NCBI GenBank assembly: GCA_011364985.1
Contig: RDOC01000009.1
Location: 32,407-54,460, forward strand
From: Candidatus Thorarchaeota archaeon
Lineage (GTDB): Archaea; Asgardarchaeota; Thorarchaeia; Thorarchaeales; Thorarchaeaceae
Direction: 5' to 3'
DNA: 22,054 bases
A program made the position numbers and the translations under genes. The notes below the pieces were generated by a model. It saw nothing but the letters and a program-made list of their open reading frames with translations, was not told the DNA's origin and made no database searches. Below are positions 8,461-17,256 of this stretch, piece by piece. The first letter of the stretch is position 1. Every line of letters starts with the position of its first letter.

Positions 8461-10724
8461 GCAAGTCGAAGGATTTGGACCTCATGGCACCAAAACGCCG
8501 CCGAATGATGGATATGATCCTCGTCTTGGGAGGACTAAAAGAGGAATCTGCGATTCCTGCAAGCAGAGTAAGTAGCGAGCTTGAAAATCTCAAGACGGAG
8601 ATAGCGCCTCTAATCAATGAAACACTCGCATTTCCCAATGCCTACTTCTTGGAGCTTTCGGAAACAATTGAAAAGACAAGACTCCTCTCTCAAGTTTCGG
8701 ACAGAGCTCTACTTGCAAATGCAGTAGAGAAGCTCGATAAAGCTGTGGATGCGGCGAGTAACGATGGAATTGTTGGTCTACTTGAATTGCTAAAGACTGC
8801 GCTAAATAAATTAGTGGGCTCATATAAGACTACTACAAAGGAAACCAAAGTGGATATTGATGCAATTCTCAAATCACTTCCTGATATTGTCAATGGTCTT
8901 GAAGCAATTGTAGGAAATTTCGAAAACGCCTCAATTCAGGAAACAGAGGCAGCTGGTTCTGAATTGACAGCATTGACATCTGCCATTTCGGATGCCGCTG
9001 TAACGGTTCAGAGTGATCCTGAAGCCGCACTGGATACTCTTCAGAAGATTGGAACAAAGACAAGATACGGTCCGTTTCTCAGAACCTCAGCGCAAGTCAG
9101 GCGAGGAGTCCGAGAAGAACGTATTGGCGAGGATAGATTTCGACAGCTCCTCTCTACGAATATTCTCACTGAGTTGCGACGCGGTGTCATTATGTTTGTC
9201 TTGAGCAAGATGGGTTCGAAGACTGTCCTACAAATGTCGGACTTGATGAAGACCCCTTCAGTCGAGATTCAGGCTGCAATCATCAGCATGATTCAGCGTG
9301 GAGAGGTCGAGATGGTAGGTCTCGATCGTGATGCTCCGGTCTTTGCAAAGGTTCACGAAAGCGTTCCAGATACGACTCTAGTACTAAAGAGAGTCATACA
9401 GCAGATACGAGGGGTAGCAAAGACATTACAAGAATCTTCCAAGAAAGAAAACACTGGTTCGCTAGAACATCTAGAACAGCTCCTTCGTCGCTTGCAGAAA
9501 CTGGGCCAATACGATGAAACTGCACTTGCAGAACATATGAATAAACTGAGGGCTACTGCTGATGCTGCAACAGAAGCAGCGCTTTCAACTAGTGGTGATG
9601 AAACATCCGAAGACCTTAGACTGCTTATTTCTGCAGGACTTGAAGCTTTTGCCAGATTCAGACTAAAAATCGCTTTGGAGAAGGGACCCAGTCTCGTATC
9701 TGAAACCAATGTGTACGGAGAGAAACTTGATCCTGAAGTCTATGAGAAGATGATGTCGAGCTATCTTGATAATGAGATTGAGCGAGGAACGATTCTCATT
9801 CTGATTCGCGGGCTTGGTGCAATGACAGCAGAAGACCTTGCAAAACGAACATCGATACCGCAAGATAGGATTCTCCAACATCTACTCAGGATGAAACGGG
9901 ATGAGCTCCTGACGCTGGCTGGAGAAAAACATGGGTATGTTCTATTTGATGTACCAAGAACACCATCCGAGGCCGAGGTAGCCATACAAAGTGCTAGTGA
10001 TCTTGCACTTCAGCTTTCGCTGGCGAAGGCTGAGCTTGATATCGTTCTGGGAGACTTCAAAGCGGAATATATTGGCAGACTCGCTAATTCACTAGAAGCC
10101 GTTGCAAAGGCACGTGATAGATTGGAAAAAGTAACCGTTGATGGTGCTAGAGTCGGCGTATCAATCTTGAAGGCTGTAGAAGAAAGCGCAAGATCAGCGG
10201 TCGCATTGGCATATCGAACCCGAGCCAGATTACCAAGCACACGACCAAAGGTCACTCTTGAGGATCTTGAGAATGTGGATGTGCCTTCAGTCCTTGATGA
10301 GTATAGATCACAGATGGGATATGCTCCACTGCTAGGATTTGGAACAATAAACTGGGAGATGTCTAGGTGTCTGGGCTGCAAATCTTGCGAGATCTCATGT
10401 CCTGAGGATGCAATTGAACTGAAGCCAGTGATTGAATTGCCAAGACTCTTTGACTTCTCGGAAGAAGAGATGGGAAAGCTACCGATGAATAAATCCTTGT
10501 TCTATACGACAGTCCGGAATCTAGCTGTCGCAAAACCAGCAAGCAATATCACGCTTGACAGGGAGGCGCCGGGATTTGGTACTGTAGAAGTCGATCTTTG
10601 GCTCTGTGTTGCATGTCGAACTTGCGTGCGACGGTGTCCAGGTCCCGAAGATGGTGCCCTTGAGCTGGAACTCAAGTGGAATCTCCCCGAAGTGGTGCGT
10701 CATATTACTGCTGAAACTAGATAG
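8457..10724 (+). CDS. Uncharacterised multidomain protein: helical bundles, two winged-helix repeats, C-terminal 2x[4Fe-4S] ferredoxin
   Basis: ATG 8457 overlaps the upstream stop (ATGA), GGAGGTGA at 8445-8452; CLGCKSCEISCP and CVACRTCVRRCP; two wHTH-like segments align without gaps. Confidence 0.85.
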   Translation: MSKSKDLDLMAPKRRRMMDMILVLGGLKEESAIPASRVSSELENLKTEIAPLINETLAFPNAYFLELSETIEKTRLLSQVSDRALLANAVEKLDKAVDAASNDGIVGLLELLKTALNKLVGSYKTTTKETKVDIDAILKSLPDIVNGLEAIVGNFENASIQETEAAGSELTALTSAISDAAVTVQSDPEAALDTLQKIGTKTRYGPFLRTSAQVRRGVREERIGEDRFRQLLSTNILTELRRGVIMFVLSKMGSKTVLQMSDLMKTPSVEIQAAIISMIQRGEVEMVGLDRDAPVFAKVHESVPDTTLVLKRVIQQIRGVAKTLQESSKKENTGSLEHLEQLLRRLQKLGQYDETALAEHMNKLRATADAATEAALSTSGDETSEDLRLLISAGLEAFARFRLKIALEKGPSLVSETNVYGEKLDPEVYEKMMSSYLDNEIERGTILILIRGLGAMTAEDLAKRTSIPQDRILQHLLRMKRDELLTLAGEKHGYVLFDVPRTPSEAEVAIQSASDLALQLSLAKAELDIVLGDFKAEYIGRLANSLEAVAKARDRLEKVTVDGARVGVSILKAVEESARSAVALAYRTRARLPSTRPKVTLEDLENVDVPSVLDEYRSQMGYAPLLGFGTINWEMSRCLGCKSCEISCPEDAIELKPVIELPRLFDFSEEEMGKLPMNKSLFYTTVRNLAVAKPASNITLDREAPGFGTVEVDLWLCVACRTCVRRCPGPEDGALELELKWNLPEVVRHITAETR

Positions 10725-10803
10725 CGATTCAGAAACTTGAATATTGGATAAGGTCCATATACTAACTAGGCAGTAGTGGAGATACTGGTCTATTCAGCGA
10801 GGA

Positions 10804-12009
10804 ATGGCAATGGTTGACTTTAGCTACACAAAGGCACAACTCGATCTTCAAAGACGTGCACGTGAGTTCGCTCAGGAATATATGATTCCCTATGCTCATT
10901 ACTATGACAAGACAGGTGCATTTCCGCGACCTATCATCCAGAAATGCTGGGATGAGGGACTGATGAATCTTGCAATCCCAAAGGAGTATGGAGGACCGGG
11001 ATTAGGAGTAACAGAGCAATGTATTGCTGTTGAAGAAATGGCAGCAGGATGCGCTGGCATGACTACAAGTATTTACGTGAACACTCTTGGCGCAGAACCC
11101 ATTCTTATTGCAGGAAATAAGGAGCAGAAGGAGAAGTATCTTAAACCCCTAACTGAGGAACTCAAGTTTGTTAGCTTTGCTTGCTCCGAACCCGGAATAG
11201 GGAGTGATGTGGCTGGAATCGAGACCAGGGTTGAGAAGAAGGGCGACAATTATGTGTTGAATGGTGCAAAATTCTGGATCACCAATGCCCCTTATGCTGA
11301 TTACTTCACAGTCTTCGCCAGCTTGGACCCTAATCAGCGTCACAAAGCCCTGTGTGCCTTCATTGTTGATGCCGACACTCCTGGAATAAAGACGGGGCGG
11401 CCTGTTGAGAAGATGGGGCACCGAGCATCGACCACATCTGCGGTTATGTTTAGAGATGCTGAAGTACCAGCAGAAAACATACTTGGTTCTGAGGGAGAGG
11501 GGTTCAAGATAGCTATGCAGACCTTCGCTATGACTCGACCATCTATTGCAGCGTTCGCAACAGGTCTTGCCAAGGCAGCAATGGAATATGCTCGCGAGTA
11601 TGTGAATAAACGGGAGGCCTTCAATCAGAAACTGCGTGAGTTTGAGGTAATTCAGTTCAAACTTGCAGAGATGTACATGAAGATAGAAGCATCTCGTCTG
11701 CTCTATCTGAAAGCTGCATGGACTGCAGACAACAAAGAAGATTCCACTGTCCCCGCAAGTGTTGCGAAAGCAATTGCTACAGATGTAGCGATGGAGGTGG
11801 CAAGTGAGGCAGTACAGATCCACGGGGGCTACGGCTATATCGATCAATACCCTCTTGAAAAACTGTTTCGTGATGCAAAGCTCTACCAGATATATGAGGG
11901 GACCAGTGAGGTTCAGCGTCTAATCTTGGGTCGGTATGTGTTGAAGGGCTACAAGCCAGCCATGGAACAAATCCCGAAGTGGTTGAACGAGGCGCCCCCG
12001 AGCTTCTAA
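10804..12009 (+). CDS. Acyl-CoA dehydrogenase
   Basis: IPKEYGG.G, FACSEPG.GSD, LNGAKFWITNA, KMGHRAS.T, R.AF...L..F..IQFKLAEM, QIHGGYGY, YQIYEGTSEVQR with the catalytic Glu. Start may be ATG 10810. Confidence 0.96.
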   Translation: MAMVDFSYTKAQLDLQRRAREFAQEYMIPYAHYYDKTGAFPRPIIQKCWDEGLMNLAIPKEYGGPGLGVTEQCIAVEEMAAGCAGMTTSIYVNTLGAEPILIAGNKEQKEKYLKPLTEELKFVSFACSEPGIGSDVAGIETRVEKKGDNYVLNGAKFWITNAPYADYFTVFASLDPNQRHKALCAFIVDADTPGIKTGRPVEKMGHRASTTSAVMFRDAEVPAENILGSEGEGFKIAMQTFAMTRPSIAAFATGLAKAAMEYAREYVNKREAFNQKLREFEVIQFKLAEMYMKIEASRLLYLKAAWTADNKEDSTVPASVAKAIATDVAMEVASEAVQIHGGYGYIDQYPLEKLFRDAKLYQIYEGTSEVQRLILGRYVLKGYKPAMEQIPKWLNEAPPSF

Positions 12010-12129
12010 GTATGACATAGCCAATTCTTTAATGGAAATTCACGAGGCCTTTGTGTCTTTGGAAACAAAAGAAGTGCTATATCAACTGATACCCATTATA
12101 CAACCACGTCTGAGGAAGATAGGCGAGGT

Positions 12130-13989
12130 TTGGTGGCAGTGTCTTCTCATCGGGAACTGGTCTGTGCAGCGTTATTCTTGGTCATTCTTTTGCAACTGCC
12201 ATTGATGCCAGTTGTTGCATTGAGCACAATGACTCCACTGAAGTCAGGCCCATATATTGATTCACTGGTATTCGAGTATGAGCCTGATATGGATTCCCAA
12301 GTATTGCGCCTGCTCAATGGAGAAGTGGATGTCATTGGCGATGCAATAAACCCCGAGTACCTTACCGCCCTAGAACTCGCAGAAGCTATCGAGGTAGCAA
12401 TGACCGAGAACAATCTCTTTGGCTATCTCACGATAAACTGTGCGAAGTATCCGTATAACATCAGTGCCTTTAGAAGAGCACTAGCCATTGCCGTTGACAA
12501 GGAGTTCATCTGCAGCGATATTTGGGATGGCCTCGCCACACCTCAGGACTCTCTCCTCCCATCCATTTCATTCTGGTCTGCTGAGCCATATCTTGAGGAG
12601 AATTACTACGGCAGCGATATAGTACTGGCGAACCAACTGCTCGATGAAGCAGGGTTTATTGATATTGATGCGGATGGATGGAGAGAGGCTCCTGATGGAA
12701 CAGACTTTCATGTCACGATAGAGTGCTCTGTCACAGAATTAGAAGAACAAGTTGCAGAGACCGTTGAGGCAGCTTTGCACTTTCTTGATGTCGATGCAAC
12801 TGCACTGCCACAATGCTACTGGGATTACCTCACTAGAGTCGCCACCCATGGCGATTTCGATATGGCATATCTGGAAATAGTACCAGAGATTTATGATGTG
12901 AGTTGGCTGGCGTACAACTTCGTTTCTAAGTCAGCTGATATCCCCTATTTCAACTATCCAAACTTCAGAAATGAAACGTATGACTCATGGTTTAATCAAA
13001 TGATTCATTCGACACAGTACCAGAAAGTCTGGGAAGCATCAGTTGAGATGCAAAGAATCCTTGTTCATGAGTGTCCCATTATTGTGTGCTATGTAAGCCG
13101 TCAAATCTCGGCATATCGAGATGATGTATTTCAAGACTTTATGAACGATTTTGAAGCTGGGATAGGCAGCTGGTGGAGCTACTACAAGGCTAAACTAAAG
13201 GACACTAACAATGGCCTTTTTGGAGGCATCCTCCGAACCACAATGTCTATGGACATACCTTCTTTCAATTTCATGATCAATCCTGAGAAAATTGGATGGA
13301 ACGTACTTGGAGAAGCCTACGACTCCCTAATCAGAATTGGCCCCGATGGGAATGATATGGGATGGCTTGCGAAGTCGTACCTCATCGAAACTCACTCGAG
13401 CAACCCAGACATCTTCGAGGGGCATACTAGGCTAACGTTCAATCTTATAGAGAATGTCACCTGGAGCGACGGTACACCACTGACAGCCCTTGATGTGGCC
13501 TTCACTCTCAACTATTACCTTGATTGTACCAACAACAATCCCTATGCATCGGGGCTCCAAGATTTGATGGCAGCCTATGCTTCAGGAACATATGAGGTGA
13601 CAGTTGAGTTCAATACGGAGTCATATTGGCATTTGCACACCGTAGGGCTCAAGCCAATCATTCCGTTTCACATCTTTTCGGAGATTGGTCTTGAAGGTTG
13701 GGAGTCTTGGGCTCCAATTCCACCAGATGTAACACTAGTCACATCAGGACCTTTCACCTTCTCCTCTTACGAGGAAGGAAGTCAAGTGGAACTAGAGCAT
13801 AATCCATACTACTTCTATCGCCCCATTCATACAACTATTCCAACTACAACTACTACAACCACAACCACTACAACCTCGATTCCCGATTTCAACCTTATAG
13901 GTGGCATAGCGTTCGTCACCGGAGCAGTAAGCGTCCCTCTAATCGTTGTAGGAGCATTCTTCTTGAAGAAAGGAAGAAGTATGAACTAA
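12130..13989 (+). CDS. ABC transporter family-5 (peptide/nickel) solute-binding protein, circularly permuted, with C-terminal membrane anchor
   Basis: N-terminal signal peptide; GPYID.L.F, L.INC..YP.....FRRALA.A.DK, YDSL, WSDG.PLTA.DVAFT, TSGPF, L..NP.Y motifs; Thr-rich linker, TM helix and basic tail. Exact start uncertain. Confidence 0.88.
   Translation: MVAVSSHRELVCAALFLVILLQLPLMPVVALSTMTPLKSGPYIDSLVFEYEPDMDSQVLRLLNGEVDVIGDAINPEYLTALELAEAIEVAMTENNLFGYLTINCAKYPYNISAFRRALAIAVDKEFICSDIWDGLATPQDSLLPSISFWSAEPYLEENYYGSDIVLANQLLDEAGFIDIDADGWREAPDGTDFHVTIECSVTELEEQVAETVEAALHFLDVDATALPQCYWDYLTRVATHGDFDMAYLEIVPEIYDVSWLAYNFVSKSADIPYFNYPNFRNETYDSWFNQMIHSTQYQKVWEASVEMQRILVHECPIIVCYVSRQISAYRDDVFQDFMNDFEAGIGSWWSYYKAKLKDTNNGLFGGILRTTMSMDIPSFNFMINPEKIGWNVLGEAYDSLIRIGPDGNDMGWLAKSYLIETHSSNPDIFEGHTRLTFNLIENVTWSDGTPLTALDVAFTLNYYLDCTNNNPYASGLQDLMAAYASGTYEVTVEFNTESYWHLHTVGLKPIIPFHIFSEIGLEGWESWAPIPPDVTLVTSGPFTFSSYEEGSQVELEHNPYYFYRPIHTTIPTTTTTTTTTTTSIPDFNLIGGIAFVTGAVSVPLIVVGAFFLKKGRSMN
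13831..13875 (+). repeat. Low-complexity ACN codon repeat encoding the poly-Thr linker
   Basis: acaactattccaactacaactactacaaccacaaccactacaacc encodes TTIPTTTTTTTTTTT. Confidence 0.85.
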
Positions 13990-14078
13990 GACCATAACGG
14001 ATTGGCGTTTGTGTCATTCCTCAGATAAACGGGTATCTTTATGCAGTAGAAATGTCAAACTAATCGAGATTGTGTGGG

Positions 14079-14456
14079 ATGAAATTGATAGTTAGACGAC
14101 TGGAGGATTGCGAAGAAATAGTAGCTCTGGATGGAACAGTATTGCGGGAATTGCTCAATCCGCTACATGCGAAGAAGAAAGTGCATCTCGACTACAGTAT
14201 TGCACATGCGATTGTACGTCCGGGAGAATCATCCATGCCCCACCGATTCTTTGAGGCATCAGAGGTATATTACATCTTGAGTGGAAAAGGAAGAATGTAT
14301 GTAGATGAAGAAGAAGCAGAAGTAGATCCAGGTGATACTGTGTACATCCCACCAAGAAAGGTTCAATATATTGAGAACACTGGACAAGAAGATTTGATCT
14401 TCCTCTGCATTGTCTCTCCATCATGGTTTCCAGAGGCAGAAGAGCTGATAGAATAG
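14079..14456 (+). CDS. Cupin domain protein
   Basis: PG..S.PH......EVYYILSG.G and V.PGD.VYIP.......I.NTG.EDL.FL cupin motifs; start re-called at ATG 14079. Confidence 0.9.
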   Translation: MKLIVRRLEDCEEIVALDGTVLRELLNPLHAKKKVHLDYSIAHAIVRPGESSMPHRFFEASEVYYILSGKGRMYVDEEEAEVDPGDTVYIPPRKVQYIENTGQEDLIFLCIVSPSWFPEAEELIE

Positions 14457-14490
14457 GCTGTGGTGCGCTCCTAGCGGATGGAAATCATTA

Positions 14491-14879
14491 CTAAAGCCAT
14501 TTGAGAGACCTCTTGATTAGTAGTCTGATAATCCATTGTAATATGGGGTTTCCAGTTATTGCATCTGCAAAGCTCAACCTATCAAAATAAAGCCATAGGC
14601 TCTTGATTTTGAAATCTTCGTGGATTAGGATCTCTGCTTGTTTTGATTCCAGAACCTTCCCATTAGGAAGTACACCCTAGCAATGAATTCCTCAAGGAAC
14701 ACATTCCCTTCAACCATTATAGTGATTGGGACGAACTTGATACTTGACATATGCTTGAATAGCCAATCTAGCCATTTCTTGACTCCATCTTTGCCAATGA
14801 GTTTTGCACCAAGCAATTCGATGTTAGACCTAGGAAGAATTGGTTTAGTTGATTGAAAGAGAAGATGCTCAAAACGCAT
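14491..14879 (-). pseudogene. Frameshifted NTF2/SnoaL-like protein
   Basis: ORF ..LIGKDGVKKWLDWLF..IMVEGNVFLEEFIAR continues after a one-base shift near 14677 as GVLPNGKVLESKQAEILIHEDFKIKSLWLYFDRLSFADAI...KWL, stop at 14491-14493; 5' end unclear. Confidence 0.65.
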
Positions 14880-15233
14880 GAAAGCCGCTCAAGTGTAAAC
14901 TCTAACAATGATCCGTTCTATCTCAATCGGTCAGGCAGCATTTGTATGTCAAATATCGTCGAACTGGCATCTTCACGAGTGGTCTAGCCGTTGTCAATCT
15001 GTTCTTTGTGCTATCTTTATCTTCGGTCATGTTTTGATTGGGTTCATGACTGTACTCAGCACGAAGCACCCAGACACTACTGGATGAGGTCTCCGAGCCA
15101 GTTCAATTATAGTCGATTCTTGTGTGCTAATGAACCTCGATAGATGATTAGAGCAGAAAGAATGCAGACTTAGAGCACAAGAGGCAATCCTTAAGTCAAA
15201 GCAAAGATGTTGTTAGTAAGGAGGTTTCAGATT

Positions 15234-15737
15234 ATGGGTAGCAAAGGAACCGAGATTGTCAATGCAAAGCTCGACGTAGATGAATTGCTCAAGCTTCTCA
15301 ACAAGGCATATGCCGATGAGTGGCTTGCGTACTATCAATACTGGGTAGGCGCACAAATCGTACAAGGACCCATGCGCGGACTGGTGGAGGCCGAGTTGAT
15401 GGAGCATGCTGGTGAGGAACTGAAGCATGCAGGTATGCTTGTCGAACGAATGATACAGCTTGGTGGTATACCACTAATTAAACCAGAAGATTGGTATAAG
15501 CATACTAACTGTGGATATGAGGCTCCTGCCGACCCCTCCGTTCATGCATTGCTTGTGCAGAACATCAAGGGCGAACAATGTGCCATTGAAGTGTACAACA
15601 AGCTCATAGAGATGACAGAAGGCAAAGATCCTATTACACATAAGATGGTCCTTGAGATTCTTGAAGATGAGGTTGAACATGAGGAAGACCTTGAAGCGAT
15701 CCTTGAGGACTTCAAGATAATGATGGCCAAGAAGTAG
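15234..15737 (+). CDS. Ferritin-like DPSL (Dps-like/thioferritin) protein
   Basis: LNKA.ADEWLAYYQYW, EH..EELKHA, ER..QLGG, E.CAI..Y, D..T...IL.DE.EHE ferroxidase motifs; Cys pair TNCGY and GEQCAI; AAGGAGGT at 15218-15225 supports ATG 15234. Confidence 0.9.
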   Translation: MGSKGTEIVNAKLDVDELLKLLNKAYADEWLAYYQYWVGAQIVQGPMRGLVEAELMEHAGEELKHAGMLVERMIQLGGIPLIKPEDWYKHTNCGYEAPADPSVHALLVQNIKGEQCAIEVYNKLIEMTEGKDPITHKMVLEILEDEVEHEEDLEAILEDFKIMMAKK

Positions 15738-15771
15738 GTAGAAGCACCAGACCCCTCCACGAAACGCTTAC

Positions 15772-17256
15772 TCATTTCTCGGACGGTTTGACTAAGGCCA
15801 ATCCTAGGCCCAGAATGCAGTAAAGCAGTAGAACCAGTAGGGGTATTGTGACATCTAATAATGTTGCGTGGAAGAACACCACTGCCTTTACAGCCATCAC
15901 GAAGTAGGTAAGTGGAAATATGTAGGGCAGAAATGCGAGATAGGCTGGTAGAAGTGTAAGGGGGAAGAGAAGCCCTGACAGGAACATTTGAGGTATTATA
16001 AACATGGGAATCATCTGCAGCACCTGAAGTTCATTCTTCATGCGATAAGAAGCTGCTATAGCGAGTGTAACAGACCCTATGGCCAGTAGTAGCACAAGAG
16101 GAGTGACTAGTAGGAGGGAAGAGAGTAGCCTTGGGGAGTAGTACAGGATTACACAGCTTACTAATGCGGTCTGGACAAAACTAACGCCAATGAAAGCGAT
16201 CACGTAACCTAACACAATCTCGATATCACTCAGAGGGGAAGCATGCATTCTCTCAAGTGTCCCTTGTTGCCTCTCTCGAAGAAAAAATATCCCTGATATT
16301 AGGAAACCGAAGAAAACACTCAAGAAACCAATCATCGAAGACCCCACGAGGTCGATCATTGACATTCCGGCTTCTCCGTAGACGTATGTTATGTTGGTTT
16401 CAGTCCCTCTTCCGACAATTTCCGTGAACGCCTCAGAGAGTGCCTCTCGAATAGCTGCCAAAGCCGTTGTGGCCTCGGTGCTTTCAATTCCATTGATAAA
16501 TATCTCAACGGTGGAGCTACCACCAGTGAGAGAGGCTTCTGTGAAGTTAGCAGCAATATAGACTCCTGCAACTGCTCCTTCATTGCTAATCGTTTCAATG
16601 ACCGCATCCCGAGTAGAACGAGGAAGAACTGATACATTTCCATTCTGGGACAAGGTTTCCTCGAAGGCCGCTCCAATTGTATCTGAAAATCCCTCGTCGT
16701 CATCGACCAGAGAAAGATTGAAGGAAAGACTCCCGCCAAAAGGAGGGAGAGGAATTGCATATGTGATAGTTTTCTCCAATTGAATGCTCCTCCGACCAAA
16801 CATCTGAATGCTGGCTTCAGAGGTCACATTTCCTACGATGCTTAGAATGTAGTTGACCTGTAATTCACTCGTGACATTGACGCGTAGCTGTACGTTCACA
16901 TTCTCCCCTATCACAAGCGCTTGGGTGAGATCAGATGGCAATACGAGAACCGCCTGGATAGTTGATCCAAATCCATCAAATGCATCCACATATGATCTAT
17001 GAAAAATCGTTACGTTTTCGTTCTCCTCAAGCAAGTCAGATACTGTGGACCCCATGATCATTTCCAGAGGTTCATCTTGAATACATACTGCCGTAGGTAC
17101 GCTTGTGATAGTTCCTGCAAACACGAATGCAAAGAGAAATGTAACAAGAATAGGAGCAACGACCATTAGACCCAGTGTCCTCCGGTCTCGTCTAATCTGA
17201 CGATAGATTCTTCTCACCATGGTGGAAATTCTGCGGGAATCAATGCCCCCAGTCAT
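15772..17256 (-). CDS. ABC-2 type exporter permease with duplicated extracellular domain
   Basis: RQIRRDRRTL.L...P, RERQQGTLER...SP.S..EIVLG, PQMFLSG..FP...LP, PLTY motifs. Confidence 0.92.
   Translation of the reverse strand: MTGGIDSRRISTMVRRIYRQIRRDRRTLGLMVVAPILVTFLFAFVFAGTITSVPTAVCIQDEPLEMIMGSTVSDLLEENENVTIFHRSYVDAFDGFGSTIQAVLVLPSDLTQALVIGENVNVQLRVNVTSELQVNYILSIVGNVTSEASIQMFGRRSIQLEKTITYAIPLPPFGGSLSFNLSLVDDDEGFSDTIGAAFEETLSQNGNVSVLPRSTRDAVIETISNEGAVAGVYIAANFTEASLTGGSSTVEIFINGIESTEATTALAAIREALSEAFTEIVGRGTETNITYVYGEAGMSMIDLVGSSMIGFLSVFFGFLISGIFFLRERQQGTLERMHASPLSDIEIVLGYVIAFIGVSFVQTALVSCVILYYSPRLLSSLLLVTPLVLLLAIGSVTLAIAASYRMKNELQVLQMIPMFIIPQMFLSGLLFPLTLLPAYLAFLPYIFPLTYFVMAVKAVVFFHATLLDVTIPLLVLLLYCILGLGLALVKPSEK

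Noticed and set aside
11149-11847. 232-aa antisense ORF and the other overlapping ORFs in the track (e.g. 1540-1959, 19706-20161, 16389-16799)
   Set aside because: Shadows of well-supported genes, with no motifs or start signals
13831-13875. Tandem repeat as a CRISPR or VNTR element
   Set aside because: It is the coding poly-Thr linker, with synonymous variation and no spacers
14930-15200. Possible small membrane-protein remnant upstream of the ferritin gene
   Set aside because: Only short hydrophobic frames with no clear start or recognisable family
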